A stretch of DNA of 64,000 bases, from assembly GCA_964106915.2 (NCBI GenBank), contig OZ066917.1; one strand, given 5' to 3'. The translations under genes and the position numbers were made by a program. This document shows, in pieces, positions 26,642 to 39,435 of the stretch. The stretch is from Podarcis gaigeae (Eukaryota). The notes under the pieces were generated by a model. That model had not been told where the DNA came from, ran no database searches, and worked only from the letters and a program-made list of their open reading frames with translations. Every line of letters starts with the position of its first letter. Positions within the stretch are counted from its first letter, which is position 1.

Positions 26642-28864
26642 TACTGAAATACAATGAAGAGCTTGTAATTCTGCCCTCATCTTTGCCAAACGGGATTTCA
26701 GCAAACTGCATTTTTTTTTAGCTCTTCCACAATGCAGTTAGTTGCAGGAAGCTGTATGTAAACACCACTTTCCCCCCTTCGTAAGCATGATTTGCTAAGT
26801 CCAAATCCACAAGATGACCCTAACAGTGTTGAGCACTAGAAGAATCCTCTACAAGCCCTCAGAACAAACCTCATCTAATCTCTCCTTGATGTTATTTGTA
26901 TTCCACCCCCACTCCCAGCCCAGCCCAAAAACAGATTAAAATCTGGCCAACACATTCTCTCCCGCCCTTCCTCTGAATTGGTGCTGGCTTGAGTGGTGTA
27001 TGCATGTGATTATTTAGATATTCAGTACAAGCTTGAGTTTTCATGTAGACATAACCTCATATTTTAGATTGGATGCAGCTAACCAAGACACAGGACACAG
27101 AGCCAGGCTTCACAGATAAATCAGATAAATAAATATCCAAGATACTAGAAAATTCCCCACTCAGCATAAACTTCTATCCTTATGACAGTATTCCATGATA
27201 AAATAAATCAAGGTAGCTGATTTTTCAGGGCTCTTTAGTGATTCCATTCATAGCATATTTGAGGGGGTCGGCCTCCCAGGGTTGATGGGCATTGCTGTTC
27301 AAATGGTTTGGGTGCGCCATGTCTTGTGATCAATGATGCAGGGTGGGGCTTACCTGTCCCCTATTTTATTCAAGTTGGCACCCCTGGATGAGTTCTATTA
27401 GGGAGAATCTTAAGGGCCAGACTGAGAGAGCTGAGGCTTGACGTTCCCCAATCTGGCACCTGTTTTTGAGCACTGAATCCCTAAGAATCTCTCTCTCTCC
27501 TTCCCCTTGTATAAAGCAAATCAACATTTGAAGCACCACATGTTCCACAACCCTGTCCCATACAGATACTGCTTAAAGGAAAGTTTGGTTTTCCTTCTCC
27601 CTCTTCCTCACCCCCACCCCATTCTGGACATTAATGGTTAAAGGCATCTGTATGCATATAATTAGGGCCCAGAAGGATGGAACTGCCTCACTGGGTACCA
27701 AAGGATCTGCAGGACAGTAACAAGGGATGCTAAGTTCCCTGTCTGGGGGATGGCAACCTATTGGCATCGATTCCTGGGAGTTATTCCCTTTCCATTAATT
27801 TGTGTGAGAAAACAGGGCTTGTGAAGGAATGAGATCAGCAGTGTGGAGTCTCTGGCCCACAGGCCAAATCAAGGGACCTACTTTAGCCCACAACACCGAT
27901 TTCCCTAAGCCACACCCAACTTATTTATGCCTGACATCCTGTGTGGTGTCAGATGCAGGACTGGTAACAATGCAGTTGCAAAGGACCAGTTGGGACCCTT
28001 AAGAAGCACATGCTCAATGGAAATTTTGAAGGAAAGCTCGCAAAAGCTAAACTGCCACATTCATAAAATATTTGGTCTATATACTCTCCTATCATGTCTG
28101 TGTCAGCATCTGCTATGGGTGTGCAGGGACTTGGAACTGAACCAGATTTCCTAAGAAGTTTTTAATCTGGCACAGGCTGTATTGATTGCTTGATTTTGCA
28201 TTGTTTTGATTGCAATGTTATTGTCCTATGTTGTGCGTCACTGGGAACACTTTAATAAAAGAGCAAGTAAGAAACATTAACATCACCACCATATTTGGAT
28301 GTGCTGAGTGGCACATAGGGCTTGTTCTGCAGAGTATTATTAGTTCATCAACAGCAACATCACCCTGCATATTCAGAAAACAAATATACGTATGATTGGC
28401 AGAGTGGAGATGTCTTGCCAAGGAGTGACCAAAACTCGCAGGTGCTTTGCAAAATATTATATGCAAGACATAATATAAATAACAAATGCTCATTCTTCTG
28501 AAGCTTGGAGATTCAGCTTGGGGGTAGAGGAGAGAATCAAGAACTACATTTTGGTGTCATAACAGTGGGCACCCTAATCCAGCATTCTCCCAAACAATGG
28601 TCTGATGATGTATGATATACATCAACTGTTCATTAGAATTCAATAATTGCTCTTCATCTCAAAACGCATTTGCCTAGCTTTACTTGCTTTTAGGAACCAA
28701 GCAGAAGTGGTTTTGTTTTTAGCAGAGAGTAATTGTGCCATTTGCCATGCTGTTCTGCTGCTGCTTTTAGTTGTCTTCATTGCCTGGTATATTTCCATGC
28801 ATTGGTTTGATCTCTTCCAAGCAATCTTGACGACCACTTGTTGCACAGGCAAGGTATACAGTAT

Positions 28865-29010
28865 GTGTTGCTGGCAACTACAGGAGAGGAGTGCTCTTGT
28901 GGTCAGGTGTCGCTTGCAGGTTTCCTACAGGCATCTGGTTAGCCACTGTGTGAACAGGATGCTGGAGTAGATGGGTCAATGCCTGGTCCAGAAGGGCTAT
29001 TCTTGTTCTT
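28865..29010 (+). mobile_element. CR1-like LINE 3' end fragment
   Basis: ggcatctggttagccactgtgtgaacaggatgctggagtagatggg...cctggtccagaagggctattcttgttctt. Confidence 0.6.
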
Positions 29011-29614
29011 TGAAGTATGTAAATAAAGAAAACAGTTGAAGTACAGAGGACCAGCCTGATCCTAAACAATCCTGAGGATGTTTACCAGCTCCTGGTCAAA
29101 GCACCCTTAACAGATTCTCTTAACTTGGATGGGGCCAGGTGTACAACCCTGCGATTCTTTCATGCTGCCCTCAACCAACTTGGGTGCTCTGCCCAACGTG
29201 AGAATGATGATGGGCAATGGATGCCTGGCTCTCCAAGGCTCACCCTGATGGTACATTGAGATTCCTCCAGAAGGCTCTCATTTGGAGAATAGGCGCACAA
29301 GAAGCTGCCTTCTAGCAAACCATTGCTGTTTGTCCAGCAACTACATGGAGTCAACCTTTGCTGCTGGCAACAGCAAAGCCCTGATCTCAATGGATGCATT
29401 TCTGAAGAAACTTCATCCCAGAATACACATTTTTAAAATGCAGTTTGGTATGTTCTGGGAACTGAGGACTGCATTGCAAAATTTGGGAAAAGTGCAAAAC
29501 CCAAAAGTTGACCACATTTCCAATCTGTATATTAGCCTAGACACAACAAAATTATCTTCCATCCCTAGTGCTGAAGCATGGGAAATAATAACAAAATGCA
29601 CAGACAACCGTTTC

Positions 29615-32027
29615 CCCTTTTATACGAATAAAAGTTTTATTGATTTCCCCCCTTTTTTAGACAATTAGAAAGAACAAAGAAAGAGGAGAGCGAACAGTCT
29701 CATGAAAGGTAGAACCGGGAAGGGCTTTCCGAGCACTGGAGTGTGAGCTGCCGTGGGCAGCATTCCTTGAAAACGTCCTACATTTTTCGTTGTTATAAAA
29801 GCAGAGAGAATGTGTGTCTCTGCGTTATTTTACCCCCGCCCTCTATTTTTGCATTGCTGTTTTGTTTTTTTAAAGCCACTCTTCCACCCCTCCCCTCCCC
29901 CCAAAACCCCCACCCCAACCTCCAAGTCTGGAAAGGAGAAACCGGCAGTGAGCACATGAGGAGAGAGACTGCTCCCTGGGAAATGTGTATAAATTCAGCA
30001 GCCCATCTGTCTGCCTGGTGTGCTCGGAAGTCAATGAAGCAAGTTGCGTATGTGTTATGGGGGAGAGGGGCTTAGAGGAGAGGAGGAGGAGAAGGAGGAG
30101 AGCATGGTTTGTTTGTTTGTTTGTTTTCTTTTTTAAAGCAAAGAAGGCACAGAATCTCAGCTAAGCTTCAAACCCAGTGCAACCTGAAGGACTCTCTCTG
30201 CAAGGACAGTGTGTGGGTAGAGAAGGAAATATGGCCTGGGCAGGGAGCTCTCCTAGAAGATGCCTCTGTGCCCATTTGGAAGGAAAGTATGAAGTCTGGG
30301 TGAGCCGAGTGGAAGCAGAAAGAGTAGCAAGAGACAGACCTCTAGCAAACCCCATTTCCAGTGCATGTTGGAAGGTGGGAGGAAGCCTGTGAAACAAGCT
30401 ACCCCCTTTCATAGTGCTGGGGTGAGATCAGAAAGATGTCTTTCTCTCCTTCTCTCTCTCGTATGTCAGTGCAGAGAAGGAAAGCCTGGTAAGAAGAGCT
30501 TCCAAGGGGAGCATTTTCCCGTTAAGGAGATCAGTGTGTCAGCAATACAAATGAGGCAGGTGTGGACAGCGGGACTCAAGTGACGTGTCCCTTGGCTCTG
30601 CCTCCTCGAGGTATTAGGAAATGGCCCCCCAGCTCTAAGTCTCCTCCACGGCATGAAAAGACCCTTGCTTGCTTATTATTATTTTTTCTTTTCTAAATCC
30701 TCAGTTTGAATTAAGGCTACTGAAAATTGCAAGAGTGAAACCTGTCAAGTCGGGTGGACAGGCAGGGGCAAGGAAGCAACAGGGCCTCATGCCAGCCTGC
30801 CACAGTGAGGTGCCACGTAAGAGTCAGTCATGCCACAAGGAGGGAAAGGGGGGACAGCGCTGCCACGAGCCTTCCTTTCTGCTGCTCCCTGCTTTCCCAC
30901 ACTCACTCTGTCTGTCTCTCTCTCTCTCTTTTTCCCTGCTCCCTTTACTATAATAAGCCCCAAAGATCCAAGAAAAGGAAGGTTAAATGTGAAGCCTCAA
31001 ATGTGTGAATGTTCAACTGGCCATGCAAGCCAGACCCAAACAGCCCTTATGGGGTGGGTGGGGAGGAGACGGACCCTGCCATGCAAACGCCAAAGGCGCT
31101 GAAGCCCAGCTCTTTGCAAAATGCCAGCCACACGCCCGGAAAACACAGCACAGCCCTCGATAAGCAACGGAGGCTTCAGCATTCCAACCAGCACCGTTAC
31201 TGCCTCCCCCCCATGAATCCCTCCTCTCAACAACAGCGATACAGCAGCAGCAGCAGCAGCACATTCTGGCGCCAAGCAGCTTGTTGGGGAACAATGCAGG
31301 ACTGACTCACAACAGTTTCCATGGAGGTGACAAGGGGTTGCTGGAAGCATCCAAAAAACTAGTGCAAGGTTGGGGCCGGGTGGATGGGGAAGAGAACATC
31401 CAGTCCGGGAAAAGGAGAAAGCAGGAGGGGGTGGCAAGAACAAACTAAAGAATAAAATATAACCCTCAAACCAATTCCCAATCTGCCCCTCCTCCCTTGT
31501 CTCGTAATTCTCTCTCTCTCTGTCCCTCTGAGACCAGCTTGGCTTGACCAGCATCTTTCCACTCCCCCCCTCACAGCTTCATCGTCTGTTTTAAGCCAAG
31601 CAGTCAATGTGCCATCCATAAGGCTGTTGAGTAGTCCTCCCTGCTAATGGCCCATCTGCTGACTATGGGGCCCTCTGAACCCCACCTCACTCGCCATCCT
31701 TGAGGGGGCCTCATTAGGTAGATCTTAGTAAACCAAGTGTGGCATCGTCCCCCTGTGACGCCTTGTGTGCCCCTCCCTTTGGCCTTGGCACATCCAGCCA
31801 CAGCTGAGGAGACCCCTGAGATCATAAAAAGGGTTGTGGGAAGCAAGGGGAGGGGACCATCACACACCAGTGGGAGTGACTGGGGTGGGGGAAAGACACA
31901 GAGGAGAGGCTTGATGTTCCCCTTCAACGCATTTCAGGGAGGAAGAGGAGGGTCTCTTGTTTTGGCCAGGTCTTCACCCCCACTCGGTGCAACAGGTTCT
32001 TGTTTTCCTCAGAACCATGCCCACTTC
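29615..32027 (-). other. IGSF11: Probable IGSF11 3'UTR (~2.4 kb)
   Basis: Repeat-poor stretch after the stop codon, ending at a minus-strand AATAAA (29641-29636) followed by GU/U-rich sequence (ggttgtctgtgcattttgttatt). The end point is inferred. Confidence 0.5.
29627..29641 (-). terminator. Candidate polyadenylation signal (AATAAA on both strands)
   Basis: aataaaa-g-ttttatt is a perfect palindrome; the minus-strand AATAAA has a GU-rich downstream element. Confidence 0.5.
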
Positions 32028-32469
32028 CTACACCAAAGAGCCGGCTCGGCTCTGCGCCGGCACCATGACTGGCACTGCGCCTATCCTTTCCAGCGTTGCC
32101 TGGCTCACGGCGTAGGAGCGTGTGTGCTGCGGTCTTGGCTTGCGGCTCACTGAGCCATTGCTTCTGGCCATCTCCTGTGGGGAGGGGGCTGTATTGGTTG
32201 TCACCACCAATGTCTTGGGTGGAGGGGGGGCTGGGTGGCCTCCATTGGCATAGACAGGGCGGGCGCTGGTGCTTCCAGAGCGGGTGAAGGGCTGGCGCGC
32301 ATCGTTGTTGAGGCGAGCAAAGGAGTCTGTGGCATGGTTTGCTTTGGGGTCGTTCCAGTACCGGCTGTTGTAGGTGTTGGATGATGTGAGAGTGTCGTTC
32401 TCCGAGGATGAAGCATCGCCATGGAATGCTTTTGTGGATGAAGAGCATTTGGGTGGCAGATCATCCTCC
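32028..32469 (-). CDS. IGSF11: IGSF11 last coding exon 7 (cytoplasmic tail with C-terminal class I PDZ-binding motif), 442 nt incl. stop
   Basis: (R)[38 protein letters not shown]...[21 protein letters not shown]. Acceptor cttgttttcctag; phase 2 matches exon 6. Confidence 0.96.
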
Positions 32470-33109
32470 CTAGGAAAACAAGAGGCCATTGTTAGCATTG
32501 TAGTTGTCCTCCATTCTAAACACACCCATCCCTGGCAGGAACAAAAACACCTTGCACTGGCGCAGCACAAGGAGAAAAGCAAATAACCCACACCATGATG
32601 CCATGTTGGCCCAATGATGTGCCCAACTTTGACATCTCCACCTTAAGTCTTACAATCCAATTTTCTGTGCCTCTATCTCAGCATCAGGCTGTTGGGCTTC
32701 AGGTCTAACAGAGTACAATGATGAATGACAAGCAACAATAGAATTGAGCAATGCTGGCCATGCACTTCTGGGTGTCTTTTTGGTTTTATTTCCCCTTATC
32801 AATGGGGTGTAAGTGGGGAACCCCATAAGCACTTGCCTTTGACTCCCACTACTGATCAATTACCAGGAATTGTGTATTTGTTCACATGTCAACACTTGGC
32901 AACACCTAAGGAAGAAATTATGGATGGAGCTGTCTTTTATGCCTGTGCCAGGATTCTGGGTGGTCAAGCCACTACTAGTAATGAGAGAATCATGAAAGAA
33001 ATTAGTGTACGCTAAAATATTATTCTGACAGAGGTAGGAGGAACCTTCCTTGCAGCTCAGCTGGAAAGAAACTATGGCAAAAACTCTGGTATTACTGCTT
33101 TGATCCCTA

Positions 33110-33525
33110 TTCATTTACAAAGCCCTCAACAACTTAGGTCCAGGGTACCTCAGGCACCTCAACCCTTATATCCCAGCTTGATCACTGAAACCATCTGCTG
33201 GAGAGCCATTGGTCATTCCCTGAGTTGGCAAGCTCATTTGACAACAGGAAACTGAGCCTTTTGTGTAATCAGCCCAGTGTTGTGGAAAACTCTGCCAACA
33301 TAGATTCTGCAGGCACCATCTGTGCCAACTTTTAAACGCCTGCTAAAAACTTTTCCATTCTATCAGTCTTATGCAGGCAATTCAAAATATATATTTCCAT
33401 AATAGTTAGCTGATTTCTTATTTTAACTCTTTTTGTTTTTTGATTGTGCAGCTATATGTACTTTTTTTGTAAACCACTACAATATATTTTTAAAATAAGT
33501 GGTATTTAATTTTTTGTAATAAATG
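33110..33525 (+). mobile_element. Old L2 3' fragment in IGSF11 intron 6
   Basis: Degenerate atttacaaagccctcaacaacttaggtccagggtacctc...ttttaaacgcctgctaaaaactttt, similar to the other L2 3' ends in the window. Confidence 0.55.
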
Positions 33526-33580
33526 AAGAAGATGATGGGGGAAAGGAAGGGACAGAGCAATATCTTGTCAAAGGCCAAAC

Positions 33581-33731
33581 CTTATCTCATTAGGAATTTC
33601 CTCCTCCTCTTCCTCCTTGTGTTTGTTCTTCCAGTAAAAGAGTGTCACAGCCACCACGGTGATGCAGATGATGAGCACCAAGACCCCTGCAGCTGCAGCT
33701 CCAGCAATCAGGCCAAAGCTCCGGGGGTGAG
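33581..33731 (-). CDS. IGSF11: IGSF11 coding exon 6 (transmembrane helix + acidic stretch), 151 nt
   Basis: (P)HPRSFGLIAGAAAAGVLVLIICITVVAVTLFYWKNKHKEEEEEEIPNEI(R). Acceptor cccacacag, donor AG|gtttgg; phase 1 to 2. Confidence 0.95.
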
Positions 33732-35502
33732 CTGTGTGGGACATGGAATACATGAGAAGACGGAGTAGGGAAAAGGTATGGAGCAAGTTCAGCCAAGCCT
33801 CAGCAGGTTTTCAGCATCAGGAGAGCCCGGCTTGATATCTCTTGTATCACTCCATCACAAGCTATTGTCCAGTGTGGGACCCCAAGAGACAAGTGGGACA
33901 GAAGCACTCTCAGGATGGAGCCTACTACAGCCCATTCAAACAAGACCTCTGCTGCAGCAAGGGGTTAACATTTCCCCAGAACCAATAATGCTCTGGAGTT
34001 TCACAGCTCAGAAATGTGGCAAGTAAGTGCAGCTCAGAGACATCTCCAGATGCTGTCTCATACGCTCCTCAAATCTTTGTTGCAGCATGGTGGTGGTAGT
34101 GGGCAGATATTGTCCCAAATTCTTGCCCCACTGGATGCCTCTGGGCATGTACTTTCCTGAGTGCCTCCTGCTCTAGTTTTGGTGGCATGAAATGGCTCTG
34201 TTCGCTCCCAAACACGACCAAGAAGGCCTAGCATGCCGGGGCACTTTTCACATGCCTGAAGGTTGGTGATAGGGTGATGGGTAAAAAAAAAAAGAATGAC
34301 CCCTTAGCCATATCAGAGGCCACAGCTCTGAGAACCAAACTAGCTCTTACAAAGGAGAGCTGTGATTGGGTTTAGTTTTCTTTTGCTGAAGGCAGCTGTG
34401 GGGCTTTTCCATCCATTTGGGCTGGGGCCATTGTGTAGGGGAGGCCATTGTGCTGCAGCCCCATCCAATGCGCACCCACACCCAACTGGAGTTGCCATTA
34501 GTTGCGAAAGGCATCATGTGCAGATGCAGTGGGCATCTGCAGGGTATCTTCTACATGGTTAATTATCAGCAGTCACCCTCGAAAGTGAAGAAAATTATAT
34601 CCAGTGATAGATGGGCTCTGAGCTTCCAGTGCAGTGTGAAAAAACACTGCACTTTCAATACAGTGGGTGGTGGTGGGGGGCCTCTGGTTATTTTTAGAAT
34701 GGGTCCAAATACCTGGTGCAAAGCAGTAGGTTTCATTCCCAAACATGCTCTTTAAAAAGAAGAAGCAAGCAGCAGGATCAACCCATTTTCTTTTGCCCTG
34801 AGCAAATTCTATTTCCTTTCCTTTTCCAGTATTTGCATTTCAAGCGCCTTAGTTTTGTCATAAGATTTAGGTGTTACTGAAGACATCTATATTTAAGAAG
34901 GCTTTCTTAATATAAGTTACCCAGTCACTTATAGAACATTTTTATATCTGTAGAAATCCTTTTGTTGTTTTTGGAATAATGTTACCATGTTTTATCCTGT
35001 TTTTATCCTGTTCAAGACTTTGATGGCTTAATGCTATGAAGTGGTGCATAAATCTGTTAAATAAATAAAAATGAGGTATTTACAGGGTTAGCATCTCTTA
35101 CTCTGGACTACAAATTTCCACACATGCAGCGAAGTTTCATGCATTACTAGAAGATGTGCTTCTGCTTTCCCGCTACCTGCTTCAACATAAAAAATGGGGT
35201 TCAAGGATCTCATTCATGATGGGGCAAGTGAGCCTGGGGAGAGGCTTCCAAATCTTACTACAAACAAGACTGAGGACTGCTCATTTCTCACATTACCGCA
35301 GAGACTGGGAAAACAGAAGGAAGACACTCATTCTTTTGCTTTCTCCATGTCTGTGTAATGCATGGGGAGGAAGTTGGGAGGGGCAACATACTGCTCCTGT
35401 AAGAACACCCTGCTTGCATCCAACATGTGACTTAACCTCTGACAGGCAATGAGACATGAGGCTGACTTGTGCAAGACAAGTCCCTCATTAAAACTGACTT
35501 AC

Positions 35503-35625
35503 GTGTAATCACTTGAACCTCAAGAGAACAAGTGCTGCTTCCGATGACATTAGAAGCCACACACTGGTAACGTCCTGATGACACAGTGCTAATATTGCGC
35601 AGAATGACTGTACCCTGAACTTGGT
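35503..35625 (-). CDS. IGSF11: IGSF11 coding exon 5 (C-half of Ig-C2 domain), 123 nt; not in the ORF track
   Basis: Manually translated: (D)[40 protein letters not shown]. Acceptor ttccttcccatctag, donor C|gtaagt; phase 1 to 1. Confidence 0.94.
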
Positions 35626-36106
35626 CTAGATGGGAAGGAAGGAAAAAACATAAATTAAATTAGAGACGTGGTATATGGGGGGTGGAGAGAAAGACAGCCA
35701 TTTCAATGCAGCCTTGAAAAGGCAAATCCAGTAAATCGTAAATTCTATGCAAGACTCTTAAGAGATAAATTAGAAAATAACCTTTAGATGAAAGCATCAG
35801 AAACAGACAAGATTAAGGTTTAAGGAGCTTACAGTGGACATTTTCTTCTTAAAGATTATTTTTTTATGTATGTGAAAGCTGAGGATAAGAGAATAAGGCA
35901 AGATAACTAGCAAGGGCCATCAACAAGCTAACACTTGTTCTTACAAGGAACTCAAATGCAGTTGTCAACTACTCAGCTTTTTATCATTCCAGAAGGAAAA
36001 AAAACATTTTCAGATCCTTAATCAAGAGCCATATCTGATTTTGAGGTCCAAACAAAGTGTAAAACAGTGGGCTGATTTGGGTGTAGTGCTAGAGCATAGC
36101 TCAGTA

Positions 36107-37482
36107 CAGTGGTGCCCCGCAAGACGAATGCCTCGCTAAACGAAAAACCCGCAAGACGAAAGGGTTTTTCAATTTTTTAGCGGCTTCGCAAGACGAATTT
36201 CCCTATGGGCTTGCTTCGCAAGACGACAGCCCATAGGGAAATCTCAGGAGACAGCGGGGAAGCGCAGCGCGCCTTCTCCTCTGTTCCCGGACCTGTCCTA
36301 AGGCTTGCGGTGGGAGGTCCGGGAACAGAGGACAAGGCGCGAAGGGCTTCTCCTCTGTTCCCGGGACTTGCGGTAGGAGGAGGGTTTTTTCTGAATGTTG
36401 GCGGTGGGGAGGAAAGCCCTCCTCCCACCGCAAGCCTTCAGGACAGGTCCGGGAACAGAGGGGAAGGTGCGCAGTGCTTCTCCTCTGTTCCCGGGGCTTG
36501 CGGTGGGAGGAGGGTTTTTCCTCCCCACCGCCAACATTCAGAACAGCATTCTACATGTTGGCGGTGGGGAGGAAAGCCCTCCTCCCACCACAAGCCTTCA
36601 GGACAGGTCCGGGAACAGAGGGGAAGGCGCGCAGCGCTTCTCCTCTGTTCCCGGGGCTTGCGGTGGGAGGAGGGTTTTTCCTCCCCACCGCCAACATTCA
36701 GAACAGCATTCTGAATGTTGGCGGTGGGGAGGAAAGCCCTCCTCCCACCGCAAGCCTTCAGGACAGGTCTGGGAACAGAGGGGAAGGTGCGCAGCGCTTC
36801 TCCTCTGTTCCCGGACCTGTCTTGAAGACTTGCGGTGGGAGGAAGGTTTTCCTCCCCACCGCCAACATTCAGAAGGCTGTTCTGAAGGCTGGCGGTGGGA
36901 AGAAAAGCCCTTCTCCCCCACCAGCCTTCAGAAGAGTTCCCGCCTAGGCTACGGATAGCAGCCTGCTGCCCCGCGCGAGGGGCGCTCTTAAGCAGAGCGC
37001 CCCTCGCGCGGGGCAGCAGGCTGCTATCCGCAGCTTGGAGAGCCCTCTGGACCTCTTCTGAAGGCTGGCGGGGGGCAAAAGTCTTTGTCCCCCCTGCCTG
37101 CCTTCCCGGGGGTTTTTAAATCGCCCCGGACAGCGGAGAAGTCTCCGCTGTCCCGGGGGCTTTTAAAATGCTGGGGGACGGCAGTGAAGCCTTCGCTGCC
37201 GCCTGCCAGCATTTTAAGATCGCCCCGGGACAGCGGAGAAGTCTCCGCTGTCCCGGGAAGGCAGGCGGGGGGAAGCAAAGACTTGCCCCCCCCCCCCCGC
37301 CGGCCTTCAGAAGAGTTTGGGGGACAGACTGTCCCCGGACCTGGTCTGAAGGCGGTTTCCATAGGAACGCATTGATTGATTTTCAATGCATTCCTATGGG
37401 AAACCGTGCTTCGCAAGACGAAAAACTCGCAAGACGAAAAGACTTGCGGAACGAATTAATTTCGTCTTGCGAGGCACCACTG
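36107..37482 (+). mobile_element. Non-autonomous Tc1/mariner (Tigger/pogo-like) DNA transposon, 1376 bp, GC-rich, internally palindromic (copy A, IGSF11 intron 4)
   Basis: TA TSD (36105-6, 37483-4); TIR cagtggtgcc(c/t)cgcaagacgaa; repeated subterminal CGCAAGACGAA motifs; 160-bp internal tandem units; no transposase ORF. Confidence 0.88.
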
Positions 37483-37601
37483 TACAATGATCCTAGGTGA
37501 GTCTCAGGCTTGCACACTCAGCCCTCCCTTCTGATGTGACCACAAGGAGTTCGAAAACCTTTGCTTCTGCTTTAGATTAGCTACAGCTTGCCATGTTATC
37601 T

Positions 37602-37649
37602 AAACAAACAAACAAACAAACAAACAAACAAACAAACAAACAAACAAAC
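37602..37649. repeat. (AAAC)n microsatellite
   Basis: Direct reading. Confidence 0.95.
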
Positions 37650-38315
37650 TGTGGTTAATTTTAAAATATGGTTTCTAGAAACAAACCAGCTTCAAATCAT
37701 AGTTTAAGAAGTTGGCTTGTTTCTGCAAACCATACTTAAAATTAACTGCAGTTCAGGGTTCTGATGAAACAACTGAGCTGTGGCTAATCTGAAATGGAAG
37801 TGGAAGTTGATGACCATACTAGAAGAGAAGAGGTAAGGGTTGTGTGGAATCCTGAGGCTCACTGTGACTCATCCTTATAACATTATACTATGCCTTAGTA
37901 GTTTAGTGGTATGTGTGAGCTGGACCAGTGAAACATCACATAAATCAATTAAAAACATGAAAGTAATTTAACAAAATAATATTAAACATATCAGCTAAAA
38001 GGGCCTGTGTGTGTGTGTGATTGTGGCCACTTTTACCCCCCCATCACTCTTTTTGACATTTTTTTCAGGGTGTGTTTGCACAAAAAGGATGAAAGTTCTT
38101 ACTCACTCTGAGTGATGGAAGGAAACACACTGCCCTCACTTTGAATTGGCTTTGTGATAACATCTTGTGGCCCCATGTTCTTCTGATATTATCACCATAG
38201 CTACATGAAGCCTGATTGTCTGGGATAACTATTCCCAGAAAGAAATAAAATCTACACCAGGACCTATTGACACAGGCAGTGAACAGCAGAAAACAGGCAT
38301 GAGCACAGCTAAATA

Positions 38316-38731
38316 CTGTAGTTTTCGCCCCATAGGACGCACCTAGGTTTTTTGGGGGGGAAATAACGGGGGGGGGGGAATTATTTCCCCCCCCCAGGCA
38401 CGGGGCTGGCGCGGGGGAAGCCCGAGCTTCCCCCGACCCCAGCCGCAAGAACAGCCTGCTATCCGCAAGCCTAGGGAGCCTGGCGGGAAGTCGCCCCGGT
38501 CTCCCCAGGCTTGCGGAGAGCTGTGCGAAGCCCGGGACTGCAGGCAGCTCTGCGCAGCCCTCGGGAGCCCAGTGCGAAGTCGCGCCAGTCTCCCGAGGGT
38601 TGCGCAGAGCTTCCTGAAGCCTGGAGAGCGAGAGGGGTCGGTGAAGCCTGCATTCGCCCCATAGGATGCACACACATTTCCCCTTCATTTTTGGAGGGGA
38701 AAAAGTGCATCCTATAGGGCGAAAAATACGG
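38316..38731. mobile_element. Non-autonomous Tc1/mariner (Tc2/pogo-like) MITE, 416 bp, GC-rich core
   Basis: TA TSD; TIRs ctgtagttttcgccccataggacgcac / gtgcatcctatagggcgaaaaatacgg; internal third copy of ttcgccccataggatgcac near 38653. Confidence 0.8.
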
Positions 38732-39435
38732 TATTTGAGGAACTATATCTGGAGGCTCATGAATGCGCCCCTTTTGCAACGAAAGTATTTACCTGTGAGC
38801 ATTCAGCATAGCCCTAGGATATAACCCTAGGATATAATGAGTTGGCAAACAGTAATGCAGGTGGCATGGGGGGAACACAATATACCAATTAAATGATTGC
38901 TTTACTATATGATTTTTTAAATATAAGATAATATTTCAGCACACCACCAAAGTGCACAATCAATAAATGGTTGTTTGTGCATGATCCCATGGCTGCTTCA
39001 CCCACATGCTCATATTCACTCCACACACTATGCAAACCACTTTTTTTTTTAGCATCTGTGAACTGGCCTTCACTCACAGACTGGAGTGGAACCATCAGCA
39101 GGAATGCAAGAGATGAATATTGGGCTGGCTCGTTAATTCAAATCCCTAATAGACATGAAGCATGCATCTCTAAAGTAAGGGTGGTTGAGCTGCAGCACAG
39201 TTCTGCAAGCCAACTATTATGGCACAGCACTCAGGCCTGCCTCTTCTGCACTGCACTCCCAGGCTCAACAGGCTAGAGACAAGACTGCACAACAGTAACA
39301 GGAATTGTGCAGACTGGTGTACCCTACAGTGGCACTGCCTCATGCTCTGGGGTGGATTTATGGCATGTTGGGCAGAAAAGGTGACCACCCCTGCTCTAAG
39401 GTATGTGTGCTTTTTTAATACTGTGATTAGAATTT

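Noticed and set aside
30997-31554. 185-aa minus-strand ORF with poly-Ala within the presumed 3'UTR
   Set aside because: No recognisable domain or splice context; the poly-Ala comes from a (CAG)n tract.
36177-37500. Many overlapping 70-190 aa ORFs (also at 47380-48708 and 38065-38779)
   Set aside because: They are by-products of GC-rich palindromic repeats that lack stop codons; no DDD/E transposase or other domain motif.
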